A stretch of 64,000 bases of DNA, taken from assembly GCA_965153355.1 (NCBI GenBank), contig OZ231126.1:8928001-8992000 (forward strand). Reading direction: 5' to 3'. Position numbers and translations under genes: made by a program. This document shows positions 1 to 14,703 of the stretch, piece by piece (the first letter of the stretch is position 1; each line of letters opens with the position of its first letter). The notes beneath the pieces are model-generated. The model had not been told where the DNA came from, made no database searches, and worked only from the letters and a program-made list of their open reading frames with translations. Origin of the DNA: Flaccisagitta enflata (lineage: Eukaryota).

Positions 1-521
1 GGGTACCGCTGACCATCTAACGCTTTTGCGACTATTTTTCTTTCTTCTACTTTTTCTTTCTTTCTTTTTTCCTTCCTTTGTTTCTTTTTCACTTTTTTTC
101 CTTGTTTTTTTTTCTTTTTTTGCGTAATTGCCCCCTTTATCTTTCTCTCTCTCTCATCTTTCTCTAATGAGTTCCTTACAGTAGTCTTTTGACTAAGCAA
201 TGGTCCATCTTTTAGTCACCCCCTTTCTAATTCTATCTTCCTCCCCACCTTCTCCTTCCTTCTTTCATTTCACACTCAACTCACTCATTTGCTCCCCTTC
301 CCTTTAATCCCTTTACTAACAAACTAAAAAACAGATCTTTATTCTTCTACTTTCACCTGATGATTTTTTTTTCTTCTCTCTCATTCAATTTCATTTCCTT
401 TCTCTTCTTTTGTGTCTTTTTCTCCTCAATTTTCCTGAATTTCTTTTCGTCATGGCAAACAAAAGGGTTAGTCTTTTCTTCCTGTACGTGATTACTGAGC
501 TTTTCTATCAACAAGGCCTGT

Positions 522-712
522 TTTAAGTCGCGTGCACGCAACTCTACACCCCGCTTTGTCCGTCCGTCGGTTGGTCTGTCTGTCTGTCTGTCGGTCCGTC
601 ACACTTTTACTTTTTTTATCAATTCTATTTCCTTAAGTCATTTGAAGTCATTCTAAGTCATGCTAAGTAATTCTGTAAGTCTCAAACGCGACTTATAGGT
701 GTTGGCTTTGTT
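522..712 (+). mobile_element. DINE-1/HINE-like element, family A (AGTCGCGTGC variant)
   Basis: T-run, 5' AGTCGCGTGCACGC hairpin, (GTCY)n, ttctaagtca repeats, 3' ACGCGACT. Similar copies at about 17025-17248, 23077-23432, 27220-27610, 31432-31612 (+) and 9920-10713, 12225-12440, 23492-23632, 39080-39265, 45840-46200, 49457-49648, 56949-57160 (-). Confidence 0.8.
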
Positions 713-802
713 TTATTTTGGAACAAGCTTCTGTCAGTTGAAGTCATTTTTTATTTTTTTATTTCTTTTTTTTTTCATTTTAACATTTCTTTGCTTCTTA
801 TA

Positions 803-1070
803 CAGTCTATGGACATTTCGGTATTTGTAGATATGTCAGCAGTTTGGTACATTTCAACCCGTTGAAATCTTTCATTCCAGCATATTTCAACGGGTTGAAA
901 TCTTTCATTCTACTGATATTAATCTTGTAGAATGAGAGATTTCAATGTGTTGAAATGTACCAAAATGAGAGATTTCAACCCGTTGAAATATACCAGAATA
1001 AAAGATTTCAACGGGTTGAAATATACTAAACTGCTGACAAATCTACAAATACCGAAATGTCCATAGACTG
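803..1070. mobile_element. Tc1/mariner-like palindromic MITE
   Basis: TIR CAGTCTATGGACATTTCGGTATTTGTAGA at both ends, TA on both flanks, internal ttcaacccgttgaa repeats. Confidence 0.85.
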
Positions 1071-1111
1071 TATACCTTATTAGCATCTAACCCCAGTTAA
1101 TAAAAAAAAAC

Positions 1112-1261
1112 ATCACAGCAACGCTTAAAATAAAACTATGAAAAGCATGATTCTAGTTGGCCCAGTAAGATGAAATTATAACTGTAGAGGCTAAGATTTC
1201 ATCTTACTGGGCCCACTAGAAGTATGCTTTTTATAGTTTTATAAAAAGTGTTGCTGTGACG
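1112..1261. mobile_element. Small foldback MITE (related degenerate copy at about 5150-5260)
   Basis: Inverted arms cacagcaac...ggcccagtaagatgaaat and atttcatcttactgggcc...gttgctgtg. Confidence 0.6.
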
Positions 1262-1619
1262 ATATTACTTTAACACACCGACATTTTTATCAGTGAAAAG
1301 CAAAAAGTCCCTAATAATTATCAAAGTCAGTCTCTTTTCATCATTTCGTTTTCTAGAAGTTTTTTCTCTCTCTCTCTCTCTCTTTTGTTCCTCGATCCTC
1401 GTGTTTGTTGTTGTTTTCCCAACTTCAATGCCAAACTGAAATGACGGCGACGGTTAACAAACCAGCACCAACAAAAGATCACAAACCAAAATTTCCAAAT
1501 TGCCCTATTTATGGCGCAACTTCATCTCTTTTAGGTTGTTTTCTTGGCTCTATGACCCTCTCCTTTCCTTGACAGTTTGTTTGTCTGTGTGTCTGTTTGT
1601 CGGTCTGAATCTTTCACAG

Positions 1620-1853
<234 letters not shown>

Positions 1854-2554
1854 CACACTTTACAAAAAGGGAGCTACAAAAGTGTGACCAACTAACAAAC
1901 AAATAGATGGTAGAAAGTTTCAAACATTGCAAATCTTCTGAGAAACAAGGCCGCACACATTTCCAATATATAAGTAGTGTCAGGGTGGGCAGTAGGCGGA
2001 GGCGGAAATACGCGATCACAAAGATGGACCGATTGATGGAAGGACCAATTGACAAATGGACAGACAGAGCCTTTTATGGATTCGCTTGTCAGCAAAAAAA
2101 AAAAAACAAAGCTGGATACATGGCACCCCAGTTGGGCAGGGGCAGTGATGCCAAAACAGCTGGTAATTAAAAATGTTAACCGAATGCACCGACGGACCGA
2201 CACACCAATGTGTAAAGGAGTAGAGAAAGTTACAATTGTCACAATTCTTATGTTCTTTGATTGGCAACCAACACGTTCACACAAACAGACTCCTAAGCGC
2301 AAAATGTCAACGATTTTCAAACTGTGAATATTAATGAGGCAAAAAACCCTTTTGATTACAGTAAATACAAATATAGTGAGGGAGGAGGAAAAGGAGCGAG
2401 GAGGAAAAGGAGGGAGGAGGAAAAGAAGGGAGGAGGAAAAGGAGGGAGGAGGAAAAGGAGGGAAGAGGGAAAAAGGGAACAGCCAAGTAGGCCAAGTAGA
2501 TGCACTGTGTGGATAGTCCAACAAATATATGTTACCGACCAACCGACAGACCAA

Positions 2555-2770
<216 letters not shown>

Positions 2771-3139
2771 ATTCATGACTGAGTGTGTTTTGTTATGCTC
2801 ACGTGGGTATGTGTTTTAAAGTAATGCGGGAATATCGACCCCTTGCAGTTAATTGTCACACTTTCTATCATAGAAATTTACTTGATTTCATATGATTTCA
2901 TGCTGGAATCGTCATGAAGGTTTCAAATATGGCATATATGTGGAAAAAATTCTTGTTTGAATCATAATTCATATGATTTTTATTGGTCAAAAATTGATTT
3001 TACACATCTATGCACTCAAATCAGCCAGCCCACGTTATTGTGGAAACTGCCTTTGAATTACCTTTTATATTCGAGTATGATAATGGTTCGTGAATTGAGT
3101 TTCTTTTGAACACTAGTCAAACGCTATGTTCACGACCCA

Positions 3140-3308
3140 TTTTTAGTTGCGGACACGCAACTCTATAAGAGGCTTTGTCCGTCCGTCCGTCCGTCCGTCC
3201 GTCCGTCTGTTGGTCCGTCGGTAATGATCGAGTTTGAAAGTGTGAAAACGCGCATTTCCGCCCCTGCCCACCCGTCCGCAACTGGTGGCCGTGTATCCGG
3301 CCTTGTTT
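3140..3308 (+). mobile_element. DINE-1/HINE-like element, family A (AGTTGCGGAC variant)
   Basis: tttttAGTTGCGGACACGCAACT, (GTCC)n, GTCCGCAACT, 3' hairpin GGCCGTGTATCCGGCC then T-run. Copies at about 4707-4872, 17349-17522, 29415-29626, 29822-30035, 33517-33660 and 39439-39604. Confidence 0.85.
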
Positions 3309-4867
3309 TAAAGATGACGGTATCTGTCCTCTTACTTAGTCGCTTCTGCAGAATGAATTGGTAAAATTTACTAATGTCATTAGTAATGCCTCGTTCTTTT
3401 TTACTACCACTATGCAGCATCATGATTCATTATATCAAATCGAAAATTTCAGATCATTTTCATTGATGATCTTTTTTTTTCTTTCTTTCTTTTTGTTTTC
3501 CATCTGGTTAATCAAATTTCCTTGAAAAAAAAAAACACAACAAAATAGCAATAGGGCTTAAGAGTCCGACGAATCCTGTCGGGGAGTTGCAAGGTAATGT
3601 CTGTCGGTCTGCCGGACAGCAGGACCTTCATCATTCACACCATTTTCAGTCTCCGAACAAATCTGTTCTCTCAATTTGTTCTTTAGATTTGTTCTCATTG
3701 TTTCTCTATTCTTTTTTCATTCTTTAAATGTTTACTTCCTTTGCAGAAGTTTTCTCAGCAAATATATTTCGAAAATAAAGCAAGGTTACGTTTGGCGATC
3801 ATCAATTGACGGGTGCTTAAGTCAAATAACCTCGCCATATTTTCCAATATATGTTTACATACACATTTAATATATAGGATTAAACTTTAACGGATTGTAT
3901 TTTTTTTTTCTTATTGCTTTTGCCTCGACTTTTCCCATGTCTTTTTAATCCTTAATTATAAAAGACTTAACTCTTCACCAATTCTTGTTCTCACATCAAT
4001 ACTTGCTCACCGCAAAAAAATAATGTAGTTTGATGTAAAATGAAAGAGACATAATCAATGAAAATGTCTCTCACAATTTTACTAATGCTTTTTCTTTTCA
4101 TCATTGCATTGAGTGGATTTGATCATTACAGAAAGACAGATGCTAATTCCATTAGGGTTTTTTCATTGGCTTTAGCTTGGAAGGATGATTTTCTGTCATT
4201 TTCCAAATGAGACTACTCATCAAATTAACAATAATCTCAACCACTCAAACTTGATTTAATCTTCATTTTTCAATATTGAAATGAATTAATCTCTGTTTAT
4301 TTCTTTCTTTTCAGCTCACTTAACTCACCGACACGCGCACAGACACGTTTTGTATTAGTATTGACCATTGAAACCAGAGAATTTCGGATGAAACCCATCG
4401 AAATTCTTCTACTCGATGCTCTTTTTTCTCCTTCTTTTCTTTCTTTCTCTTTTTTTTTTTAACGTGAGATATCGCCACTGATCGAGTTTCGACGAGGCAA
4501 AAACTAATAACCATAAAATACGAAAATAAACGAAATTTGGCCATTAAACTCAACCGTGTGCCGTTCATTCCGTTCAATTCCTCCAGCCGTGCCGCCCTTT
4601 CTTTTTCGTTTTTTCCTTTTTTCTTTTTTTTTTTTTTTTTTTTCCTTTTCATTTTTTTTTCTTCTTCCTCTCCGCGAGTGCATTTGCAGTGCGATTGCTC
4701 TCTTTTTTGTTGCGGACACGCAACTCTATAAGAGGCTTTGTCCGTCCGTCTGACGGTCCGTCCGTCCGTCCGTCGGTCCGTCCGTCCGTAACCATCGAGT
4801 CGAAAAGTGGTAAATCGCGCATTTCCGCCCCCGCCCACCCGTCCGCAACTGATGGCCGTGTATCCGG

Positions 4868-4913
<46 letters not shown>

Positions 4914-5633
4914 TAAAATTCAATAACAGTCGGTACCAAACCGGCGCATTACATTAATATGATACCATCCTCATCCCAAACACATTCATTTTTAACCTAA
5001 TTTGGGATTTCCTACTTTTTTTCTTTTTTTTTTCTCGTTGAAACTTGAATCAGTCTTAGTTTCCATTTGATGGAAAAATTCAAACAAAACCGTTTTTTTT
5101 CTAACTCATGAGCAAAAATCAGGCGGAAAAACGCTTTTACATGAAAAGCATTGAAAGCATACTTCTTGCTGGCCTAGCATGATCAAATTCTAACTGTGGT
5201 AGCACGAAGGGCACTTCAGTACAAGATTTTATCTTTTTGGTCCAACTAGAAGTATGGTCTTATGTTTTTTTTTTTTGTTTTTTTTGGGGGGGAGGGGGGG
5301 GGGGGGTTTAGGTACTTTTACGCCTAATGATTGCACATGTGGTATCGTTTTCTTTCTCGTTTTCTTTTTTCTCTATCTTTCTTACTCTCTCTTTTTCATC
5401 TCTCGGAAATTTTAATACTTTTTCCCGTTAAAACGTCTTTAAAATTTCCTATAATCTTTCCTCTTACCAGATGTCTCTTTCCAACTCAAAACCTTTTTTT
5501 TTAATACATTCTCTTCCTCCATGTTTTTTTTCTTTTAGTCGCGTTACCTCCTTCCATTAGTCTGTGAGTTCCCTTTTTCATCACGTCCCCGTCTTTCCAG
5601 AAGGATTAAATACTCCTGATTGGGCTACCGAAA

Positions 5634-5658
5634 ATGATTGCTCCTAATCATGCGACAG
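5634..5658 (+). CDS. Possible start-codon exon of the + strand gene (MIAPNHAT), tentative
   Basis: Acceptor-like tctttccag at 5600, an in-frame stop upstream of ATG 5634, and a phase-1 end compatible with exon A. The donor GTTCTC is weak. Confidence 0.2.
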
Positions 5659-5954
5659 GTTCTCTGGTCCCTTCCCAGTCGACTATGATTCGAGCCAGCA
5701 CCTTATTTTTACTGTACCCTTCTATCATCATTCCTATTTATGTCAGGAATGATGAATCATGCAAAACTTGTGACCAATGGTCCGTGTTTGTTTTTTTACT
5801 CAGGCCTCCTGTTTGCATGCATGATACGAAACTTGGTCTCATACTCATAGATTTCATCAACATGTCATAAAATTGATGTTAAGCATCATCATTTCATTAT
5901 AACAATTTTTTTTGAAAATCTTTTTGTGACAGCAAAGTATAACAGTGTTTTACG

Positions 5955-7338
5955 CACCCATCCCTAGATACCCTCCTAAAGAAAATCGAAACACCCATTT
6001 CTTCTCACTATGTGTTTTCACTCAAGTAACATGTGGGCTACTCAAAAAAATAGAAAACAAAAAAATTTGCTTGAAAATTTTGGATTTTTTGCCATTTTTA
6101 TGCAAAAAAACAACATATTTTGCATCTTTTTTTCTTTAAATCCATAGAAAAAGTTGGTTATTCCCCTATGAGCCATGGAATTGGTAGGCAAAGATGAAAC
6201 ATACTAGCTGACATGCATAGTAACTAGTTTGAAGCATTTTTGGTTCAATAACATCTAAAAAATCCTAAAAAAAACAACAAAAAAAACTATTTTTTTGCAT
6301 TGTTACGACTTTTTTCACTTTTAACTGATAAGGAATGTTAGTTGTGCCACTGTGAGACATGGAATTGATAGGCATAGGTGAAACACACTAGCTGGTATGC
6401 AAAGCAACTAGTTTGAAGCATTTTTGATTCGTTATTAGTTAGAAAGTCACAATAAAGTCACAAAAATAACTATTTTTTTGCATTTTTTACTTTTAACTTT
6501 GAAAAACTTTAAAAATGCTATCAATTTCTGTGAAAATATCAAAGAGCCCTCTTGACAAGGTTTCATTTTCATTAGTTCCAGTAAATAGAGCTCATATCCT
6601 ATACAAAAATGTAAAAAAAACCTAATGCAATGTTGCTTTTTATTTGATCTTACTATGAGAAGGCAGTGGGGTCTTTTCTGCTCTTTTCAAGCTGATTTTG
6701 GAGCAGTTACTTGATCAAAAACTCATCGCACATGCTGTTATGCTTACCCTGGATTCTATTTTACCCATTCTATGACTTACAAGAGCATTTTTAAAGTTTT
6801 CTCAAGGTTAAAAGTAAAAAAAATGGTTATTTTTGCTGTTTTAGGTGACTTTTTAATTAATAACAAACAAAAAATGCTTCAAACTAGTTGCTTTGCATAC
6901 CAGCTAGTGCGTTTCACCTATGCCTACCAATGCCATGTCTCCCAATGGCACAATTAACATTTTCTATTGGTTAAAAGTAAAAAAAATCCTAAAAATGCAG
7001 AAAAATAACTTTTTTTGCTCTTTTTTGTGATTTTTAAGATGTTAATAAACCAAAAATGCTTCAAACTAGTTACAATGCATGTCAGCTAGTGTGTTTCATC
7101 TATGCCTACCAAATCCATGGCTCACAGGGGCATAACTAACATTTTCTACTGATTTAGAGAGAAAAAAATGCATAAAATAATGTTTTTTTGCCTAACAATG
7201 GCAAAAAATCCAAAAATTTCAAGCAGATTTTTTTGTTTTTTATTTTTTTGAGTAGCCCACATGTTACTTGAGTGAAAACACATAGTCAGAAAAAATGGGT
7301 ATTTCGATTTTCTTTAGGAGGGTATCTAGGGATGGGTG
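5955..7338. mobile_element. Foldback element with inverted arms of about 570 bp
   Basis: CACCCATCCCTAGATACCCTCCTAAAGAAAATCGAAA at the left end and its reverse complement at the right. The arms contain internal duplications. No clear TSD. Confidence 0.85.
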
Positions 7339-7870
7339 ATTACAAGAATTAGTTTTTAAGACTTCACTACCGACCTTAGGCTCAAAAACTTTTGCATCTA
7401 TTGGAAATGTTCAAATTGATTAGAGGACAATGCATTTCAGTAGAAAAGTTTCTATAAATGATCAATTTCAGTTCGGCTTCTCATAGGGCAATCGTAATTG
7501 TCGACTTAGAGCATTCTGTATGCAAACAGATCTGAACACATTCTCAGCCTTTGTTCACAAGTTAACATCTTGGAAAAAAATAGGCTGAAACAAATTTTGA
7601 AGGTGTTCTGCTGTTGAACCAGTAGTTGTCTTTTCCAACATGATCATGACCAATTTGGAGTCCAGAACTCAATTCGTTCAGCGGCAGGCTTCCTTTAAGA
7701 TTGTTTTTCAGAGTGGAAGATTTTTTTTTTCAAGATAATACTTACTTAAAGGTAGCGTCTCGATTCACTCCTGTCTTACGACCGCCCATCTCCTCCATTT
7801 CCCGCTTCTCTTGCTCCTCATCTTTAATAATACCTTCCATCAAAGAGTAAATGCCTTTTAAAATGGTTAT

Positions 7871-8191
7871 TACGCCGATTGCGTCCCCCTTCATGATGTG
7901 ACACTCACAATTTTATTCCAAACGACCCAATGCGCAGCATTCTAGCTTGATGGAAACCTTTTTTAGGCTCAATTTGAAATTTACTAAGAAAATAGAAGGA
8001 TTTTCTTAAGGGTATTCTTAAGGGGATTTTTTCCCATTGATTTTTATGTAAACTTTAAACGGGCCCTAAAAAAAGTTCCCATCAAGCTAGAAAGCTGCGC
8101 ATTGGCCCGTTTGAAATAAAATCATGAGTGTCACATTATGAACGGGGGACATAAGAGCGACTCTGCCGAGACCCGAGATGCAATCGGCGTA
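7871..8191. mobile_element. hAT-like palindromic MITE
   Basis: TIR TACGCCGATTGC, 8-bp direct repeat ATGGTTAT at 7863-7870 and 8192-8199, long internal inverted arms. Confidence 0.8.
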
Positions 8192-9386
8192 ATGGTTATG
8201 CCGCGCGGCTTCCTCTTTGGAGTTTTGTGCATTATTTCACGGCAAAACACAATTTTAATTTGCATATGTAAAAGTACAAATGTATTTTCTTTTTCTTTCA
8301 AAGATGAAGCCCTCTGCATCCATATTTCAAACGGAAGAAACGAAACTTAATGAAATTAATTCATAGAAAGGATTCCTAAGAAAGGATTCCTGGGAGGCGG
8401 AAAGTCCCATCTTCATCAGGCTTTCCATTTACAGTGTCTCATTTGCTTTAATGAATCTTTTTTTTTCCGCGGTTTCGAAATTCCCTTTCAAACTCATCAA
8501 AATGCTTCTTTCCTTTCCTCCTTCCTCCCCCCCCCTCGGTTCTTTCCCGACCTTTCCCCCACCTTCCGCCCTCCCCCAGCACCCCCCCCCCCCCAGCTCT
8601 TCCTTGGTGACATCCCCGAAGCTCCTGTAATCCTGAAGAACCCCCTTCCCCCTTTTGGGCAGCGGCCCCGGAGGAGTAGATGACCTATCATTCTACACAG
8701 GGGGATTTTCTCCAGTCAACATCCCCCCTCTCCCGGGCCTCAAAACAGGCCCTCAGACCTCAAAACAAGTCTTTCAGACCCCAAATCAGGCCTCTCAGAC
8801 CTCAAATCCGGCCTCTCAGACTCCAAATCAGACCTCTCAGACCCCAAATCAAACCTCTCAGATCCTTTATCAGGCATGTCAGACCCCAAATCAAGCCTCC
8901 CAGACTCCAATTCAGGCCTCTCAGACCCCAACTCAGACCTACAAGACTCAACTCAGGTCTCTCAGACCCTAATTCAAGCCCCTCAGACCCCCTAATCAGG
9001 TATTCCAGACCCCAATTCAGGCCTCACAGACCCAGCTCAGGCCTTTCAGATACTAAATTTGTCCTCTCAGAAAATCGTCCTGTGTGGAATCTCAGGTCAT
9101 CTGCTTCTCCAGGGCCGCTGCCTCTCTTATCTTGACATCCTCATGTAAACTAACTTAGGGGCATCGGGTACCACTGACCATGTAACGATTTTGCGACTAT
9201 TTAATGATACTAGTTCTTGTTCACTCACCCATCTGCTCTCACTGCCCTCCATCCACCCCTAACACTCACCCCTTCCGCCCCCACCGCCCTCCCCTTCCTT
9301 CTCTTCTGCCTCCACAACCCCCTCAACCCCACCTCACCCCCCTCACCCCCACTCAATCACCCAATCCTATTTTTGCGCCTCGACAG

Positions 9387-9873
9387 ATGGCAGTGGGAAA
9401 AAAGTCAAAGATGGCATCGAACAAAAGAGCAACGGTAACGCGGGGATGATGACGGCGATGATGGCGACGACGGCGACGGGAGCGACGACGACGACAAAGT
9501 CAGCAGCGGCCGGGGGAGACTCGAGTGGTGGCGGCGGCGCTGGTAGCAGAGTGGCGGCGGCGGAGGCGGCGGCGGAAGCGGCAATGACGATGGTGGTTAT
9601 TGAAAGCGACGGCGACGACAAAAACGCCAACAACAATCACAACAAAAACCTTACAAACAAAAGGGAAAAAGATTCGCGGCAACGAAAATCATCCAAAAAC
9701 GGGGGAACCTATCGTGTTAAAGGAGGAGGGGGAAGAGGAGGAGGAGGAGGAGGAGGAGGAGGAGGAGATGGTGATTCGTCTTCTTCCATGGCCTGTCCGT
9801 CTGATACGCCGTCGCCATCGCCGATGCATAAACCCACGCAACCCCAACGACCCGCTGACTTCAAAGGGTTCAG
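9387..9873 (+). CDS. Exon A of a partial multi-exon gene encoding a low-complexity, likely disordered protein of unknown identity
   Basis: Acceptor tttttgcgcctcgacag| and donor cag|gttggt. The frame is open throughout (DGSGKKVKDGIEQKSNGNAGMMTAMM...PQRPADFKGF) and matches ORF 9446..9883. Its phase-2 end joins the 17591 exon as AG+C=Ser. Confidence 0.75.
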
Positions 9874-9993
9874 GTTGGTTTGACAGTTCACTCTAATTGG
9901 GGATTCTTGTTTCTATTTAAAACAAGGCCGGATACATGGCTACCCAAGTCGTATGCGGGTGGGCAGGGGCTATATTTGAGGTCACTTGATCAT

Positions 9994-10556
9994 TAGCTTG
10001 TACCTAAATGACAAAAGGCAATAAAATTGGCATTCTACAAGCAGTTCATGATGTGGGGCTGTCTTGGGCTCCTGTTGGGATCAATTTTGCCACTCAAAAA
10101 AAAAACTGTTAATTGAAAGTGTTTTCCTTTTTTCAATATTCCAAAGTGTTTTCCTTTTTTTCCATATTCCAACTAGAAGGTGTTCAAAACCAGCACCGAA
10201 GTTTGCAAAACTTACCTTTCTCTTTTATTTATATGTAAAATCGCCGAACTTACCTTTTTTTCATATCTTCAATATGAATTTTGACTATGATCCCGAAGGA
10301 ATTTTGAAAAAAGAAAAACACTTTCAATTATCAGTTTTTCATGCAGATTTCAAATATGCAGTCAAAAATGTGATTTGAGTAACTTGAATTTTTTGGTTTC
10401 CTATAGACTAAAGGAAAGTTCAAGGTAAGGCGCGGCCACCAAGCTGCAAATTTTTCAGAACAAATTTGATGTCATCAGAGGCCCAAGACAGCCCCACAAC
10501 AAGAACTACTCGTAGAATTTTGATTTTATTGTTTATTTTCATTTCGGTACAGGCTA
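9994..10556. mobile_element. hAT-like non-autonomous element nested in a HINE-like element
   Basis: TIR TAGCTTGTACC/GGTACAGGCTA and 8-bp TSD TTGATCAT. The host element (9920-10713) resumes after the TSD. Confidence 0.85.
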
Positions 10557-11331
10557 TTGATCATTTGGACAGGAGTAGTGAGGCCAAAGACCGCAATAAC
10601 CAAAAAAAAGTAAAGTGTGACGGACCGACGGACCGACGGACCGACGGACCGACGGACCGACGGACCGACGGACCGACAGAGCGGGTGTAGAGTCGCGTAG
10701 CACGCGACTAAAAAGTGCTGGTGATAATGTTTTTGTTTACAGGCTTCAACCGCAATCAGTATGGGAAGCTGTTGATATTGTACCAGAAGTTAGTGTTGAT
10801 TTGTTCGCGCGAGGCAGCAGTCGCAATCAGTATATATTTGCTGTTAGGATGTTTGCGTTGAATTCACAGTTGAACCCCGCTCCAACGGACCCGCTTTTAA
10901 GGGATTCTAGGAGTCCAATGTGAAAAAAATTAATAAATATTTTCTTATTGATCTATGTTTCGTATGGGTCAGATAAAAAAGAACGCAAAAAACCGTTTGA
11001 CTTTTGCTCAATCCGAACGTTCTTGACAAAATTCATGTCCAAGTCTGGGATCATGAGTGAAAACTAGAGAAAAAAAAAGATATCAATTGTAATGGAAAAG
11101 GAATCGAACGCGGGACCCTCTATCTAGCGTTCAACGACTTACCGCGATACCATTGCCTCATCTGCCGCTGCTGGGGAATTACAATGGTTTTATTATTGAT
11201 CAAGTAACTTTGACAATGGAATGCAGGATGAGTAGTAAAATTCAACGAGACTTGGTGAAAATCAAAGACGATGCGTCCTCATCACTTTACCAATCTCACA
11301 TCCAATTTTAGGATTAGGTGGTGAAGTGAGA

Positions 11332-11428
<97 letters not shown>

Positions 11429-11429
11429 A

Positions 11430-11812
11430 GAGAGCAAGAGCGAGAACAAGAGCAAGAGCGAGAACAAGAACAAGAGCAAAGGCGAGAACAAGAGCAAGAG
11501 CAAGAACAAGAGCGAGAGCAATAGCGAGAGAATGAGCAAGAGCGAGAGCAATAGCGAGAGCAATAGCGAGAGCAATAACGAGAGCAATAGCGAGAGCAAT
11601 AGCGAGAGCAATGGCGAGAACAACCGCGAGAGCAATGGCGAGAGCAACTTCAAGAGCAAATACGAAAGCAAATGCGAGAGCAAATACAAGAGCAAAAGCG
11701 AGAGCTAAAGCGAGAGCAAAAGCAAGAGCAAAAGCAAATGCAAAAGCGAGAGCAAATGTGATAGCAAAAGCGAGAGCAAAAGTGAGAGCAAAAGTGAGAG
11801 CAAAAGTGAGAA
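11430..11812. repeat. Degenerate hexamer/dodecamer repeat (GCRAGA / GCGAGAGCAATA)
   Basis: Direct reading. Continues from an (AG)n tract. Confidence 0.9.
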
Positions 11813-13754
11813 AAAAAGAGAGAGGAACATCAAAGGCAAGTCATGGATGGACGGATGGATGGACAGACGGATTGACTGACAAAATGGACAAGAGGAGGGT
11901 AGAGTCGCGTAGCTCGCAACTAAAAAGATATTAATGTATGCATACTAATTGAAACAATGGACGCTTACGCACGTGCCGAATTTGAGTGAATGACAACAAT
12001 TCTGCGTACGCCTATGAGTCCGAAAAGATTGAGCAAACGATTACAATTGCTAATTAGGCATACAACAGTTACGAGCCCAATCGGATCACGATGCGTGACA
12101 GACCCACGGAAGTACGGATCAACAGACCAATGAACCGATGGACCGACAACCGACTAATGGACGAACGGACGGACAGACAGACCCTGTTATGAACAAAGCA
12201 TCTAAAAAATAGCGAGTTCGCTTCTAAACAAGGCCGCGACGGATACACGGCTACCGAAGTCGCGTATGGGTGGGCAGTGGCAGTGATCAAAGAGGCTTAC
12301 CAAGCATTTGGGCAGGAGCAGTAACGTAAAAAAGAAAAAACGCCCACAGACGCCAAGAAATGGATGGACCAACTGACGGACGGATGGACGGACGGACGGA
12401 CCGACATAGCAAATTATAGTCGCGTGCACGCGACTAAAAATAGCGAGTTCAGCCCATACGCGCTTCTGTACGTAAGGGGGCCGTCATCAAGCATCAATGA
12501 TATGCACACTTTTGCACACATTGTTTCAACTTTGCCGCTTGGGCTTATGATTTCTTTCTGCTTCTTCCCTATTCACTCTTTTCTTCCTCTTCCTCTTATT
12601 CTTCTTCCATTTGGGCAGCAGCCCCAAAGGGGACGAAGTCTTGTAGAATGAAGGGGGACGTTCGTTCGATCGTTCATTCGTTCGTTTGTTCGCTTGTTCG
12701 CTTGTTCGCTTGTTCGCTTGTTCGTTTGTTCGTTTGTTCGTTCGTTCGTTCGTTCGTTCGTTCGTTCGTTCGTTCGTTCGTTCGTTCGTTCTTTCGTTCG
12801 TTCGTTCGTTCGTTTGTTCGTTTGTCCGTTCATTTGTTTGTCCCCCCCTTATCAGGCATCTCAGGCCTCAAATCAGACCTCTCACGCGTCAAATCAGGCT
12901 TCTCAGGTCTCAAATACAACCTCAAATCAGGCCTCTCGGGCCTATAATCGGGCCTCAGGCCTCAAATCGAGCCTTTCAGGCCTCATATATGGTCTTAGGC
13001 CTTAAATCAGGCCTTTTGGGCCTCAAATCAGGCCTCAGGCCTCGAATCAAGCCTCTCAGGCTCCAAATCAGGCGTCTCAGCCCCTGCAAGCCTCAAATTA
13101 GCAGTCTCAGCCATATTGCCCTTGGGCGACTGGTTCTTCTTCTTCTTCATCCGTTTCTTCTTCATCCGTTTCCTCTTCATCCGTTTCCTCTTCATTCGTT
13201 TCTTCTTCATCTGTTTCTTCTTCTTCTTCATCCGTTTCTTCTTCTTCATCCGTTTCTTCTTCTTCTTCATCCGTTTCTTCTTCTTCTTCATCCATTTCTT
13301 CTTCTTCTTCATCCGTTTCTTCTTCTTCTTCTTCTTCATCCGTTTCTTCATCTTCTTCACCCGTTTCTTCATCTTCTTCACCCGTTTCTTCTTCTTCTTC
13401 TTCTTCTTCTTCTTCTTCTTCTTCTTCTTCTTCTTCTTCTTCTTCTTCTTCTTCTGCTTCTTCATCTTCTTCTTCTTTGTCTTCTTTTTAGATGCGTCCG
13501 TCAGGAACGCATCTCTATAAGAGGGTCTGTCCGTCCGTCGGTCCGTCCGTCCGTCCGTCCGTTACGCCTGTGCAAAAACCGCGTTTCTCGGCTGTTTTTG
13601 GCCACGGTGAGAACCTGCACTGAAACAAATGATCAACCAACATGTTTTGAGAGTCTTTTCACCCGTCTGTTCGTCCATCTGTCTCTCCATACATATGTCA
13701 CATGATCAATATACGCTGAGATACAGCCCGGACGCATCGGGCACCGCTGACAAT

Positions 13755-14172
13755 GTGGTAGTTATCAAGCAACGATCAAGCATATTTCACCCAGACCACC
13801 TCGACCACCTAAAACCACCCAAATCAGCTACACAGTGGTAGTTATCAATCAACGATCAAGCATATTTGACCTAGACCACCTCGACCACCTAAAACCACCC
13901 AAATCAGCTATACAGTGGTAGTTATCAAGCAGCGATCAAGTATATTTGACCCAGACCACCTCGACCACCTAAAACCACCCAAATCAGCTACACAGTGGTA
14001 GTTATCAATCAACAATCAAGCATATTTGACCCAGACCACCTCGACCACCTAAAACCACCCAAATCAGCTACACAGTGGTAGTTATCAAGCAACGATCAAG
14101 CATATTTCACCCAGACCACCTCGACCACCTAAAACCACCCAAATCAGATACACAGTGGTAGTTATCAAGCAA
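13755..14172. repeat. 80-bp minisatellite, 5 full copies plus a partial
   Basis: The unit gtggtagttatcaa...accacccaaatcagctacaca recurs at 13755, 13835, 13915, 13995, 14075 and 14155. Confidence 0.95.
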
Positions 14173-14639
14173 AAGGGAAATTATAAGAAAGCCACGCGCA
14201 GGAAAATTTTGCATTTTCAAAAACATAGTTCTCTCAAAAAACGATTTGGGAAGAGAACTATGTTCTTTGTTTTTTTCATTTTTTCATTTTCTATGCAAAC
14301 TTATAATTTCGACAAGCCTCCTGTCAGTGGACAAAAAAGAAATTTGTGGAAATTTTCAATAATTCTTCTTCAGTGACATGGGCCGAATCCGAGTCTCATG
14401 CTTAATGGATGCAAAATTTGCTATCAAATATCATGTATGTCTCATCTCAATCACTTTTATTTACTTGTGCTCAGTCATTTATTTATTTGTTTTCAGTCAT
14501 GTATATTCTCAGTTTTGGCCCAATTTGATACCCTAAATGTTGACTTCGTAGGCACGCTGTCCTAACTCTACATCCCGGTATGTCCGCCCGTTGGTTGACT
14601 GGTGGGTCGGTCAGTACCATTATAACTTATATCGACGAG

Positions 14640-14703
<64 letters not shown>

